The notes under the pieces are model-generated. The model was not told the origin of the DNA, ran no database searches, and worked only from the letters and a program-made list of their open reading frames with translations. Source: Minisyncoccota bacterium (GTDB lineage Bacteria > Patescibacteriota > Minisyncoccia > Phycocordibacterales > UBA9973). Taken from it: a stretch of 64,000 nucleotides of DNA. This document shows, in pieces, positions 1 to 10,259 of the stretch. A program made the translations under genes and the position numbers. Where the stretch lies: NCBI GenBank assembly GCA_041663005.1, contig JBAZRK010000002.1:740-64739 (forward strand). Direction: 5' to 3'. Position 1 is the first letter of the stretch, and each line of letters starts with the position of its first letter.

Positions 1-715
<715 letters not shown>

Positions 716-913
716 AATTTAGAAATCACATTTTCAATTTATAGCCTGCGGTTCCCGACCGCTCGGTATGTACAGGCTCTCTGTCTAGGACTCGAAAAGA
801 CCTCTATCTTGCAGGTCCTGACAGATTTCTGTTTTCAAAGATACGCGATATGGATTTCCAATCCCGACGCCTTCAGTAAACTTCAGGGTCGGGATGCCGA
901 CTTTGCGTCGGCA

Positions 914-935
914 TAAAAAAACCGCCTTTCGGCGG
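914..935 (-). terminator. Hairpin CCGCCTTTCGGCGG plus U-run (minus strand), upstream of the 23S leader
   Basis: GC stem with a TTTC loop followed by an A7 run on plus, which is a U-run on minus. A 23S leader stem (ATCCCGAC...GTCGGGAT, 861..895) lies adjacent. Confidence 0.35.
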
Positions 936-1020
936 CACAATTAAAACCGGATGGTCTTAAGGCCGCCTTGTTTTGCTGTTTTTAATGGTAATCATACCGA
1001 TTAGGAGAGTATAATCTAAA

Positions 1021-1076
1021 CCAAAAAAGATGTCAACCAGACCCGTAACGGGATAACCTGGGGACATCTTTTTTAC
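1021..1076 (-). terminator. Branched terminator-like repeat, copy 1 (AAAAGATGTC...GACATCTTTT outer stem)
   Basis: 10-bp outer stem enclosing the inner hairpin CCCGTAACGGG, with T-runs on both sides. Near-identical copy at 2222..2274 with compensatory changes. Confidence 0.5.
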
Positions 1077-1115
1077 TAAAAACTTCAGTATAAGCCAATT
1101 ATTCTTTAAGGAAAA

Positions 1116-2189
1116 TTAACGTTTTGGTATACCAATAAACATTAACTCTCCAAGCATATATGTGTTAATTTTGACCACGGTTGGTGAAATCATATCGAAA
1201 TCAAGTTGACTAGACGACCAAATTGGTCCAAATGTGTCAGTAGCACCTTCGGTATAAGCATATAAAGTAATGCGGTCAAAAGAACCCCCCGCTGGAAGAA
1301 TTTTTGTGTTTATATTAAACGAAATTGCATCACTTTCTGTGCTTTCAAGGGGTGTGGTTCTAAAAAAGTCAGTGAGCCGTAGTATGTGTGACGGAACTGG
1401 TGGCGCTTGAGTTATATCAACTGATGAAATTTTTACATCCTTTGGTACGATTGGCGTTCTTACTATTGTTAGACCACCGGAAGATGTAACCATTTTACTC
1501 GGAAGATTTATTGTAAGACCGTTTAGACTACCAGGTTCAGTAATAGTAATCTTGGAGCCATTGATGGTTGTCATTATGGGTTTACTAGTAGCTATAGGAA
1601 GTTTAAAAGTAATATCTCCAAAAGCTTCTCCGTCTGTCGCTGAAATATGTACGTTGGGAGATGTCCCCTCGGCAGACTTAGGAGGTATCCACGTAAGTCC
1701 GCCAGTCGTGAAATCAATAGTCATACCTGAAGGTCCTTCGAGTAGCGCAAAACGCACAGCAAGAGTGCCTGTATATGTCCATTGTGGATTAATTGTATGT
1801 GATATTTGAGAAGTTAGTGGTGCCGTTAAAGTTGGGGCTGAAATAGTAATTTTAGCTGTGCTGTTGGGAGTACGTTCACCTGTATATATTGATACTGCGT
1901 GGGTATTAAAAAATACTCTGGATTTCGGTCCCACAATTCCATCTCCCGTTAGTTTGTTTGAAATTTGAAATTGAATAACAGCTGCCTTAGTTTTTGGACC
2001 AAACTTCCCGTCGGCAGACAACCCAAGTTGTTTTTGAACGCAAGCAACTTCATCCCCTTTTGAACCTAGTCGCAGAGTATTATTAATTGTGCAATTTGGT
2101 GTAGGGGTTGTAGCTGCGTTTGCGTAATTTAAGTTAAGTAAAGAAAAAATGAAAATAAAGCTAAACAAAACTAATTTATATTTTTTCAT
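1116..2189 (-). CDS. Secreted protein with N-terminal peptidoglycan-binding (PG_binding_1-like) domain
   Basis: Signal peptide MKKYKLVLFSFIFIFSLLNLNYANA, then LRLGSKGDEVACVQKQLGLSADGKFGPKTKAAVIQFQ, which resembles PG-binding domains. The rest is Thr/Ser-rich with beta structure. Confidence 0.7.
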   Translation of the reverse strand: MKKYKLVLFSFIFIFSLLNLNYANAATTPTPNCTINNTLRLGSKGDEVACVQKQLGLSADGKFGPKTKAAVIQFQISNKLTGDGIVGPKSRVFFNTHAVSIYTGERTPNSTAKITISAPTLTAPLTSQISHTINPQWTYTGTLAVRFALLEGPSGMTIDFTTGGLTWIPPKSAEGTSPNVHISATDGEAFGDITFKLPIATSKPIMTTINGSKITITEPGSLNGLTINLPSKMVTSSGGLTIVRTPIVPKDVKISSVDITQAPPVPSHILRLTDFFRTTPLESTESDAISFNINTKILPAGGSFDRITLYAYTEGATDTFGPIWSSSQLDFDMISPTVVKINTYMLGELMFIGIPKR

Positions 2190-2221
2190 AATATAATCAT
2201 TATACTATATAAAATTACAAA

Positions 2222-2274
2222 CCAAAAAAGATGTCAACCGGGGCCCTATCGGGATAACTCGGGGACATCTTTTA
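2222..2274 (-). terminator. Branched terminator-like repeat, copy 2
   Basis: Same outer stem AAAAGATGTC/GACATCTTTT and conserved GGGATAAC loop as copy 1. Lies immediately 3' of CDS 2303..3175. Confidence 0.5.
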
Positions 2275-2302
2275 GGCGAAAAAGAACGTTATAATTAACA
2301 AT

Positions 2303-3175
2303 CTAAGGATACCATCCCTTGCCCTCAACGTAAGGACACGTAGCTCCTGTTACGTCTGTACAAGGGGTCACCCAGCCTACAAATTTAAATGTTTTAAGCA
2401 TATTTTTAAACTGTTCAAATTCTACAGGGGCTTCACCAAATGCATGAAATTCATACCCTACATTCCCCTGCTTAAACCAATAAAACGCTGACTCACCATA
2501 CCCATACACTTTAAAAGTAGTTTCGCCAATTTTCTCATCATAAAAATATTTATAGTCAGGAAGAACATGTTTTTCCCACCAGGAAGCATCTGTAACATAA
2601 GAGAGTCCCCACACAGGCAAAGAAATACTAATAGATGGACCTGCCTCTGATTCATTTTCGGTCGGCACAAAACCTTTCGGAAGCTCAATAGTAAATCCGT
2701 GGTTTTTGTAAGTGTAAGTAGAACTAATTTTTGATTGACCTATAACAACGGGAATATAAATAAATTTATCTAACTCGCGCATATCGGAGGGATTATCTTT
2801 GGCGATTTCTATGAAGCCCGAACCGGACGGAAGACCAGTGAGATCAATGCTACCGGAAAAAGAAACTGCCTCGGTCGTCATCCAATCTGTTGTAGACATT
2901 GCATAGCCCTGCTTCAAGACTTTTTTGTTTGCGTCGAGAATGTTGATACCGATGTTGCCTTCAAAAAAGTACGCGCCTTTTACAACACCCTCGAAATTAA
3001 AGACCCCGGAAACAATATCCCCCGGCTTCACCGAAAAAGAGACCAAATCCTGCGCATTGCCTTCAATCTTTGTGTCGCTGGTTATTCCTAATTCGGTATT
3101 TTTATTCTGCATCCCGAGATTGTATGCTCCACCTACGAGTACTAGTAATATCAAAATCAAAATTATCTTTTTCAT
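2303..3175 (-). CDS. Secreted hypothetical protein (signal peptide; Ig-like/GerMN-like N-terminal region)
   Basis: 290-aa ORF with an N-terminal hydrophobic signal. No recognisable catalytic motif. Confidence 0.55.
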   Translation of the reverse strand: MKKIILILILLVLVGGAYNLGMQNKNTELGITSDTKIEGNAQDLVSFSVKPGDIVSGVFNFEGVVKGAYFFEGNIGINILDANKKVLKQGYAMSTTDWMTTEAVSFSGSIDLTGLPSGSGFIEIAKDNPSDMRELDKFIYIPVVIGQSKISSTYTYKNHGFTIELPKGFVPTENESEAGPSISISLPVWGLSYVTDASWWEKHVLPDYKYFYDEKIGETTFKVYGYGESAFYWFKQGNVGYEFHAFGEAPVEFEQFKNMLKTFKFVGWVTPCTDVTGATCPYVEGKGWYP

Positions 3176-3241
3176 ATTTTATATTATACAACAAAAAATG
3201 CCCATCAGGGCATTTTTTGAAAGCTCTTTTTAGGGCTTAAG

Positions 3242-3934
3242 TTAGTCGTTGTGAACTTCTTCACCGAGCTTAGAAAGCAATCGGGAAGCATGCTCTTTGC
3301 CACCTAGGCCGAAGGCCAAAGCACCAGCTAGAGCAATCATGTACACCAAGCCCTGGAACAAAACACCCATAAAGTCAGCAAGGCCCAATTTGCCAAGTGC
3401 GATTATGAAAGCGAAAACCCAAACCGCATATTTAGCAATACTTGCCAGCATATGTGCTGCCTTCAAGTTTACCGATTTAGACGCTGCGAGCACCGCGCCA
3501 CTTAAAGCCTCAGACACAACTGCCGCGATGATAAGTACAAATGCCGCGATAATAACTTGTGGCAAGTATCCGAGGACGTCCTGCTGCAAGAAAGCGGCAA
3601 CATCATCTAGCCCTACCAAACTAAGCGACGGCAGAAGGAAAATGATTATAACGAACCATCTTACAACTTCCCCCACGAAGTGTCCGCTGTTTAGGTTCAA
3701 GCCAGCTCGTCTTAGGAAAGAGTCTGCGCCAATTGAGGCAAACAAACTATCAATCTTTAAGCTATGGAAAACCTGCTCGATAGCCTTAGATATAAGGGCT
3801 CCTAAAAACCAACCAACAATGAAGAACACAATAGCCAACACTAGATTTGGGGCAAATTGCACAAAGCTTCCAAAAAGACTCTGGAAGGACTCTCTAAATA
3901 CAACGCTCCAGGCAGTCAAAATATTTTGTTGCAT
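3242..3934 (-). CDS. Membrane protein with three MscS-type 'conserved TM helix' repeats
   Basis: Repeated motif (F/Y)xPxLxxAxxxxxxGWxxxxxxSK, e.g. FAPNLVLAIVFFIVGWFLGALISKAIEQ. Multi-TM. Confidence 0.55.
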   Translation of the reverse strand: MQQNILTAWSVVFRESFQSLFGSFVQFAPNLVLAIVFFIVGWFLGALISKAIEQVFHSLKIDSLFASIGADSFLRRAGLNLNSGHFVGEVVRWFVIIIFLLPSLSLVGLDDVAAFLQQDVLGYLPQVIIAAFVLIIAAVVSEALSGAVLAASKSVNLKAAHMLASIAKYAVWVFAFIIALGKLGLADFMGVLFQGLVYMIALAGALAFGLGGKEHASRLLSKLGEEVHND

Positions 3935-4049
3935 AATTTATAATTAATAATAATTAATACTTTTGATTAAGTCCCGATGTTATATCGGGATCCCGACTTC
4001 AGTCAGGATTTCGACCTTATAAAAGTTATAACCTTAATTATACCAACTT

Positions 4050-4631
4050 TTAGACTTTTTTGAGGAGCTGTGTGGATAACTCTTTTGCCTGCAAAATGAC
4101 TTCGTGTGGAAAATCAAGGATATCACGCACTAGTTTATCGTACATATCGAGACGATACAGAAATTCTTTTGTGTCGAATACCACATATAAAAGCTCGCCC
4201 CCTAGCTCAGCTTCTATCTTTCGGATAGCCTCTTCTATTTTGCCCCGCTTTAATCTGTCGCCAACGATAAGCAAGTCTGCGCGACTATCGCGATTTTTGA
4301 TAAAAACTCCAGAAAGTATGAACAATTTAATCCTTCCCACTTTCTTAAAATTTTCCAAAATAGCCTCGTGGCTCATAGTATCTGACCCGAGTAAAAGGTC
4401 TTCGAATTCGGCACCGTACTTAAAGAAAGGATTGAAGGACAACACCTGTCCCCTCTTTTTAATAAACCCAACACTAGCTAAGAGGTTAAGCTCTCTGCGG
4501 CCTACATCTTGAGTTATCCGGCAACGCTTCAAAACCTCTTTATTTTCAAAGCTTTTACCGCGATTAAAAAGAAAGAGTCGCATCACCTTCACCCGCGCCG
4601 AACTTCCAAAAATTTTTCCGAGAATTTCCAT
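4050..4631 (-). CDS. Hypothetical protein, possible winged-helix regulator
   Basis: 193-aa ORF in the coding-dense minus-strand series. Basic N-terminal helix region. Weak family assignment. Confidence 0.45.
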   Translation of the reverse strand: MEILGKIFGSSARVKVMRLFLFNRGKSFENKEVLKRCRITQDVGRRELNLLASVGFIKKRGQVLSFNPFFKYGAEFEDLLLGSDTMSHEAILENFKKVGRIKLFILSGVFIKNRDSRADLLIVGDRLKRGKIEEAIRKIEAELGGELLYVVFDTKEFLYRLDMYDKLVRDILDFPHEVILQAKELSTQLLKKV

Positions 4632-4792
4632 TTACCTATTGTAACGCTTTCCCCTACAAAAACAAGGCTCTTGTAGCTACAATGCCATTATTTCTCAAGT
4701 TTTAGGTCCTGCTACTCCATACCGTCAAAACTACCTGAAATCAAGACGAAAAGGAGCGTATATGTATAACTTTACCGTGGGCTTTGCATACT

Positions 4793-7210
4793 CTAGTAGA
4801 CCAATGCCTGGATTTTTTCTTTAGTTTTCGGACCCACAATTCCATCTGAAACTAAACCATTTCCTATTTGCCATTTTTCTACTTCTGCTTCAGTTTTAGG
4901 GCCAAATTTACCATCAACTGACAAAGTCGCATGGACAGTATCGTTTAGATAATTTTGCAAATCTTCAACTGCCGGACCTAGGCTACCTCGCCTTAAGGTT
5001 CTCGATCCTAAATTATAAGTTTTCTGGTTTTGGGATACTATTGTGTCAGCTGTCACGCTGGCGTTGTCGGCGGCAGCTTTCGCGACGTCAGGTTGGTCGG
5101 AATTATCAAACCCACCTGCTGGTTTAGCCCCGACTGTCACAGTAGCTTGTGCCGAGCAAGCCTCTACTCCCCCAATCTTACCATAGACTCGGCAAGTGGT
5201 TGTCTTGGTCAAATTAGGAATTGTGTAAGGCGTTGTAGGTTCAGCTGAAATTTGAGTTTCTCCCGCACCACAATCGCCGTAAGTTTGCCCTAGGTCTGCG
5301 CCGACTACTTTCCAGGTTTCAGTGACTGAGCCACCATAAGGAATGGCCGTGGTGTTGAAAGTGAGGAAAGCGCTACAACTACCGGGCGGTGGCGTAGGAG
5401 TGTAGTTGAACAAAGGATTAGTGTTTGCTCCACCCGCTAAGCTTAAGTCTAGTTTGTATACTAGGAATCTTTGTTCCCGCTGCATGCCCAATATCAAGTA
5501 GCCCCCTTGGGTTACCGTAATACTATTAAGTGAATCATTGGTCGAATATGGTAAAGCAAGCTCATCTATTTTCTGCCCATCTTTCCATAATATTATACTG
5601 GAACTATATGTCGTAATAATTGCTCCTCCGGAACTCTTATAAGAGCCATTCGGTACTTGGCCTACAAATAAGACATAGTCCCCCCAGACCGCAAAATACC
5701 TGGCTTGTTTACGAAATGTCGGTCCAGCAACTTCTTTCTTTGTTCCCTCAGGTATATTAATAGTTTTATCCAGAACAATATCGTTTGTTGTCGCTCGAAA
5801 TATATTCACCTTAGCTGGACCCTTGCCACCAAATGAATCTGTCGTAAATTCCCAGGAAGCCAAACGCGGTGGCCAAACAGAATTATCAAATGTATATACT
5901 GCGCTACCTTTTACTGGTAAATTTTTTAGAAGAGTCCTAGAACCACCTGCAGAAACCTTGTATGCGCTCCAAGTTTCTCCTTTGGCACTAATCCAGAAAT
6001 CGCCGAAACCAAAATTGTTTAAATTCTCTCCATTTACATTTCCTTCAACCTTGTCCCAGCCACCTACGGTTCCAAGCTTGTTCCAGTCAGGCAAGCCTAA
6101 TAACCTCCCTTCTCGAGTTATCAGTCGATCTTTAAGTACCACATTTGTAAAGTCAGAGCCGTTTCCGAGTGTGGATATTGAAGATACGCTCAATTCACCA
6201 GCATCGTCTATATCGTAATATACCGAGTAGTTGATACCTCCAGGATAATATTCTGCGCAATCTCCCGGTTCTCCACTGGGGCCAGGATTTGAGCACGCCA
6301 TACCAGCAGCTTCATCTACTGATCTTATGGGATGAACAAAAGATCCCAAATCACTAGCCCAATTAATCAAAATCTCCGATGCAATTAATCCCCCCATGTG
6401 ACCCATGCTCCATGCTCCACTACTAGAATCATCACAACCATCTCTTGAAGAAAGAATAGCTGAACCATCTTCTTTCATTACCCACAGATTGGGCGAGAGA
6501 ATACAATTACCACCTATCACCATCTTGTCTTTCATACCTGCAACACTGGTAATATAAAAAGAGGAGTGATCTTTTGGATTTGCCTTTAGTCCTTCTTTGA
6601 TAAATTTAATTTTTCCGTTAGTGGAAGAAGGAGTTGCGGAAGTTATTGGCGGAGGAACATAAGCAGCGGGCTTTGTTTTAACTTTAAAATTAACGTAGCC
6701 ATCTTCGGTGCAAGCTGTGCCTTTATATGTGTAGTTGGCCTTTATTCTGACTTTCGTTTCGCCCACAGAGCTCGGTGTTCCTGCTGCATATACACGCAAC
6801 CATGGTCCTTTTGAAGAAACTCCTGGCGCAGCATAGCTAGTAATTTCTCTACCGTAAGTCAATTCTTTAGTCTTAAATGCGCTTATGCCGGCGGGAAGCG
6901 GATCAACTGCGGAAACCGTAATGGTTCCAAAAACTGAAACTGGCAAAAGTCCGCCCGGATCCGTAAGGTTAGAATCCGAATCCCAGCTACTGCCATAACT
7001 TTGGCCAGCGTATAGAGAAAGGCTATGGGTATTGGTATAAGCCAATGTGCCTGGTGCTTCGTCCGAAAAATAGCCCAGCACGCTAGAACAATCCGAAGAA
7101 CCAATGTCGCGAACTGCTCTGCCTTTAGCTGAGACATTACTAAAACTAGCCGACAAGAGGAGCAGTGCTAAGAGGCTCCATCCTGCGACCTTAAAGAATA
7201 TTTTTTTCAT
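4793..7210 (-). CDS. Large secreted surface protein with C-terminal peptidoglycan-binding domain
   Basis: Signal peptide. C-terminal ...LQNYLNDTVHATLSVDGKFGPKTEAEVEKWQIGNGLVSDGIVGPKTKEKI. 805 aa. Confidence 0.7.
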   Translation of the reverse strand: MKKIFFKVAGWSLLALLLLSASFSNVSAKGRAVRDIGSSDCSSVLGYFSDEAPGTLAYTNTHSLSLYAGQSYGSSWDSDSNLTDPGGLLPVSVFGTITVSAVDPLPAGISAFKTKELTYGREITSYAAPGVSSKGPWLRVYAAGTPSSVGETKVRIKANYTYKGTACTEDGYVNFKVKTKPAAYVPPPITSATPSSTNGKIKFIKEGLKANPKDHSSFYITSVAGMKDKMVIGGNCILSPNLWVMKEDGSAILSSRDGCDDSSSGAWSMGHMGGLIASEILINWASDLGSFVHPIRSVDEAAGMACSNPGPSGEPGDCAEYYPGGINYSVYYDIDDAGELSVSSISTLGNGSDFTNVVLKDRLITREGRLLGLPDWNKLGTVGGWDKVEGNVNGENLNNFGFGDFWISAKGETWSAYKVSAGGSRTLLKNLPVKGSAVYTFDNSVWPPRLASWEFTTDSFGGKGPAKVNIFRATTNDIVLDKTINIPEGTKKEVAGPTFRKQARYFAVWGDYVLFVGQVPNGSYKSSGGAIITTYSSSIILWKDGQKIDELALPYSTNDSLNSITVTQGGYLILGMQREQRFLVYKLDLSLAGGANTNPLFNYTPTPPPGSCSAFLTFNTTAIPYGGSVTETWKVVGADLGQTYGDCGAGETQISAEPTTPYTIPNLTKTTTCRVYGKIGGVEACSAQATVTVGAKPAGGFDNSDQPDVAKAAADNASVTADTIVSQNQKTYNLGSRTLRRGSLGPAVEDLQNYLNDTVHATLSVDGKFGPKTEAEVEKWQIGNGLVSDGIVGPKTKEKIQALVY

Positions 7211-7285
7211 AGGTAAATTATACTACCTCTCCGGTATTTCGCAATCCGTAAGTATTAATATTTACCTTCACTAAATATGCTTATT

Positions 7286-10171
7286 TTACTTATTATTTAG
7301 CAAAGCCCGAACTTCTACCCCCACTACTCCATCAGCTTTGAGGTTATTTGCTTTTTGGTAGTTTATCAGAGATTTATATGTATTTAGTCCAAACTTGCCA
7401 TCAGCTACTCCGTTGTAATATCCGAGCTCGGTTAAGAATTTCTGTAATTCTACTACCTCATTGCCAGTTGAACCAAGTTCGAGTTTTTGAGTGAACACAA
7501 AGGATTGCGCGCCCTGAACAACAGGCCCGGGATCTTCCGTGGGCATCACAAGTACGACATTAAGTTGGTTTCCACTCACTGGCAAGCCGCTCAAGGACAT
7601 GATGGTTTGTCCATTGGATAGATCCATCGCTTGAATTCCAATGAGGTTAATGTACATCCAGGATGAAATGGCCTCAGACGAACCGCTAACATCGCCCTTT
7701 AGGCTTATTTCTACAGTATCATCCTTTTCAATATCTATATCTGTACCAACACCGGCGCGATAAAACCAAGAAGATGTGTTGGTGAGCCCAGCTAAATCTC
7801 CTATAAATTCGCCATCCATATAAGCTTTTATGTTTTTTGCGTACGGTACAGCGGTGCCCACTAATTCAAAATTCAAGTTGTTGATCTTGGCATCGTTGCC
7901 TTTGGCAGTGACATTAAACCGTAGGAGTTCTGTATTAGTTCGTCCGAGATAGATATTCCCTGCTGGGCTATTAGAGTTTCTTTCGGCGGTAATGGTAGCG
8001 TTTGCTCCGGCAACAATACTAAACGCATCACTATAATCAATACCGTTTGAACAAAGATTTGAGTCACCCATTAATTGAGCACACACAAAAATTTCAAACC
8101 GGCCTCCTGTCGTAAATAACGGGGAGCGAGAGCTAAACTTGGCTGGATCATCAATAACATAATTATAAGAGCCTGTATTGGAAATTCCTGAAACAAGAAG
8201 ATAATTCTTGGATAAATCTCCAGCTGGAACTATATAAATCGATATTTTATCATTAGGGCTAGATATATTCTTAGTCTGCCAAGAAATTTGGCGGGTTTCT
8301 CCGATTTTCCACACATCTTGACCATTTGGCGAAAGAACAGTAATGGAAGGGGTTGAAACTGCGGAGGAAATAATTTTAAATGGCCTGTCGCTGAAATCAT
8401 AAGCAGTGCCGGTACCATCCTCGTTGGTCCAAATATTGAGCATATAGTAAGTGCCGACATCGAAGCTGCTATTTAATTGAATTGAGCCACTAGTTATTTT
8501 ATCTTTTCCTTCAGTTGCAGCATATCCGTATCCGCAACCCACATAGTAATATCTGCTTCTGGTCCAATCCTGAAAATTATTGCTTGTGGCAATGTACTTA
8601 CATATTGAACCTTTCTTGGGAGACGAGTAAGAGGTTTCGAATTTCAAAAAATCTCCCGTATTTCCTGAAGAGCCCTTGGTAAATGTTTCTCCCCCGTTTG
8701 GTGAAAGAACAGTAATAGAGGGGGTTGAAACTGTAGAGGAAGTAATTTTGAAGTAACTATCACTGGTATCACAATATGAACCATCAGAACGACATACTCT
8801 TATTTTGCCTACTCCTGCGGGTATGCCACTAATATTCCATCTATAAGAAAATCCTTTGACGTCGTTGGCAACTTCATAAGCAACAGAATTAGAATCGAAG
8901 GAGACGTCGTAAACAAAAGGATCAACACAAGGTAAACCTTCTAGACAAGGCGGTATCGGGGAATTATCTTCCCATTTTATGGTCTGGGTCGTCCCAGTTT
9001 TCCAAGTCTCTCCCCCGTTTGGAGAAAGGATGGTAAGGCTAGATGCGAGAGAATTGGTAACAATTTGGAAAGAGTTGTCGCTACCATCAACATACAAGCC
9101 TCCGTTTGGCTTTGTAGCATTAATATATAATTTATATTTGCCTGTAGGAATATTATTTGGAACCAGCCAGGCATATACGCCATCATTTAATGTGGAATTG
9201 GTAATGACAAAGTTAACCCTTGGCACATCCCCAGCCTCACCACCAGCCCAGTATGTTTCTTCAGAATTAATTATGAGTCTAACATCCTTTGCATCGGCGG
9301 GTGCAATCCAGGTTATATTATATTTTTGACCGTGGTTCCAAGTTTCTCCCCCATTTGGCGAAAGAACTGTAATTTTAGATACCGGCGTTTCTATTGGGTC
9401 GCCTACTTTCACACTTAAACTTGTCTTTGCACTTCCTCCATTACCCGGACACGGGGCTTGGATACATTGAATTGTGCTTGGGCTTGTGACTGTGAAAGTT
9501 GGTGTATAAGTTCCGGTTTGGGAATACTTATGAGTAAACGTGGCTGTTTGCGAAGGTCGAAGAATTTGAGCACTTGCGGCCGAGACATGAAATCCGACTT
9601 CTTCATCGCCCCAAGTTACATAATAGTTAAGATTGTTATTATTTTTGGAATAAGCGGATACTTTCCAAGTACCTGTTTCATTTACCTTGAGACTCTGAGG
9701 ACCGCTTACGCCAGAGATAACTACTGAAGAAGATGTAGTGGGGCAAGGAAAGAAACTGCGGTAGTTAGATACAGCTGCCGAAGTTTTAGGGCCATATTTG
9801 CCGTCAATTTTTCCAGCATAATAACCCTTCTCTTGAAGTGTCTGCTGAAGTTGCACTACTGCGGTTCCTTGTGTGCCTACAGGCAAAACCTGAATACATA
9901 TTGGCGGCTCAGGTACAGGAGTCGGCACCGGCTCTTCAATAACCCTAGAAGGGCAGAGCTTGCCGGTTATAGGGTTAAAGTTATACCCCGCCTGACAAGC
10001 ACTGGCATCCTCAACAACCGGACACTTATTGCCTGTGGTCGGACTAAAAATAAAACCCGGCTGGCAGTCGGCTGTGCCTTCCGTGTCCCACGCCTGAACA
10101 TTATTAACATTAGTTATAAAAAGCCCAAAAACAAAGATAAACGCGACCAAAAACAAGCTGATTTTTTTCAT
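7286..10171 (-). CDS. Very large secreted protein with N- and C-terminal PG-binding domains and internal VLSPNGGE(T)W repeats
   Basis: Signal peptide. Two PG-binding-like segments (VVQLQQTLQEKGYYAGKIDGKYGPKT and VVELQKFLTELGYYNGVADGKFGLNT). Three copies of ITVLSPNGGETW/ITVLSPNGQDVW. 961 aa. Confidence 0.7.
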   Translation of the reverse strand: MKKISLFLVAFIFVFGLFITNVNNVQAWDTEGTADCQPGFIFSPTTGNKCPVVEDASACQAGYNFNPITGKLCPSRVIEEPVPTPVPEPPICIQVLPVGTQGTAVVQLQQTLQEKGYYAGKIDGKYGPKTSAAVSNYRSFFPCPTTSSSVVISGVSGPQSLKVNETGTWKVSAYSKNNNNLNYYVTWGDEEVGFHVSAASAQILRPSQTATFTHKYSQTGTYTPTFTVTSPSTIQCIQAPCPGNGGSAKTSLSVKVGDPIETPVSKITVLSPNGGETWNHGQKYNITWIAPADAKDVRLIINSEETYWAGGEAGDVPRVNFVITNSTLNDGVYAWLVPNNIPTGKYKLYINATKPNGGLYVDGSDNSFQIVTNSLASSLTILSPNGGETWKTGTTQTIKWEDNSPIPPCLEGLPCVDPFVYDVSFDSNSVAYEVANDVKGFSYRWNISGIPAGVGKIRVCRSDGSYCDTSDSYFKITSSTVSTPSITVLSPNGGETFTKGSSGNTGDFLKFETSYSSPKKGSICKYIATSNNFQDWTRSRYYYVGCGYGYAATEGKDKITSGSIQLNSSFDVGTYYMLNIWTNEDGTGTAYDFSDRPFKIISSAVSTPSITVLSPNGQDVWKIGETRQISWQTKNISSPNDKISIYIVPAGDLSKNYLLVSGISNTGSYNYVIDDPAKFSSRSPLFTTGGRFEIFVCAQLMGDSNLCSNGIDYSDAFSIVAGANATITAERNSNSPAGNIYLGRTNTELLRFNVTAKGNDAKINNLNFELVGTAVPYAKNIKAYMDGEFIGDLAGLTNTSSWFYRAGVGTDIDIEKDDTVEISLKGDVSGSSEAISSWMYINLIGIQAMDLSNGQTIMSLSGLPVSGNQLNVVLVMPTEDPGPVVQGAQSFVFTQKLELGSTGNEVVELQKFLTELGYYNGVADGKFGLNTYKSLINYQKANNLKADGVVGVEVRALLNNK

Positions 10172-10177
10172 ACTGCA

Positions 10178-10206
10178 ATTATACCCCCATAGCGCAAGCC
10201 TGTTAA
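10178..10206 (-). promoter_or_regulatory. Sigma70-like promoter TTAACA-17-TATAAT for CDS 7286..10171, with a very short leader
   Basis: Minus-strand -35 TTAACA (10201..10206) and -10 TATAAT (10178..10183) with a 17-nt spacer. The ATG follows 7 nt after the -10. Confidence 0.4.
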
Positions 10207-10259
10207 CTTAAGTTATGCACACTCCTTCGCTAAGGCTTCGGCGGTACAGGCAGCAGAGC

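Noticed and set aside
3297-3947. Numerous antisense ORFs opposite strong genes (e.g. 3297..3947, 5823..6218, 25752..26267, 55559..56206)
   Set aside because: They overlap well-supported genes on the other strand and have compositionally biased, non-protein-like translations.
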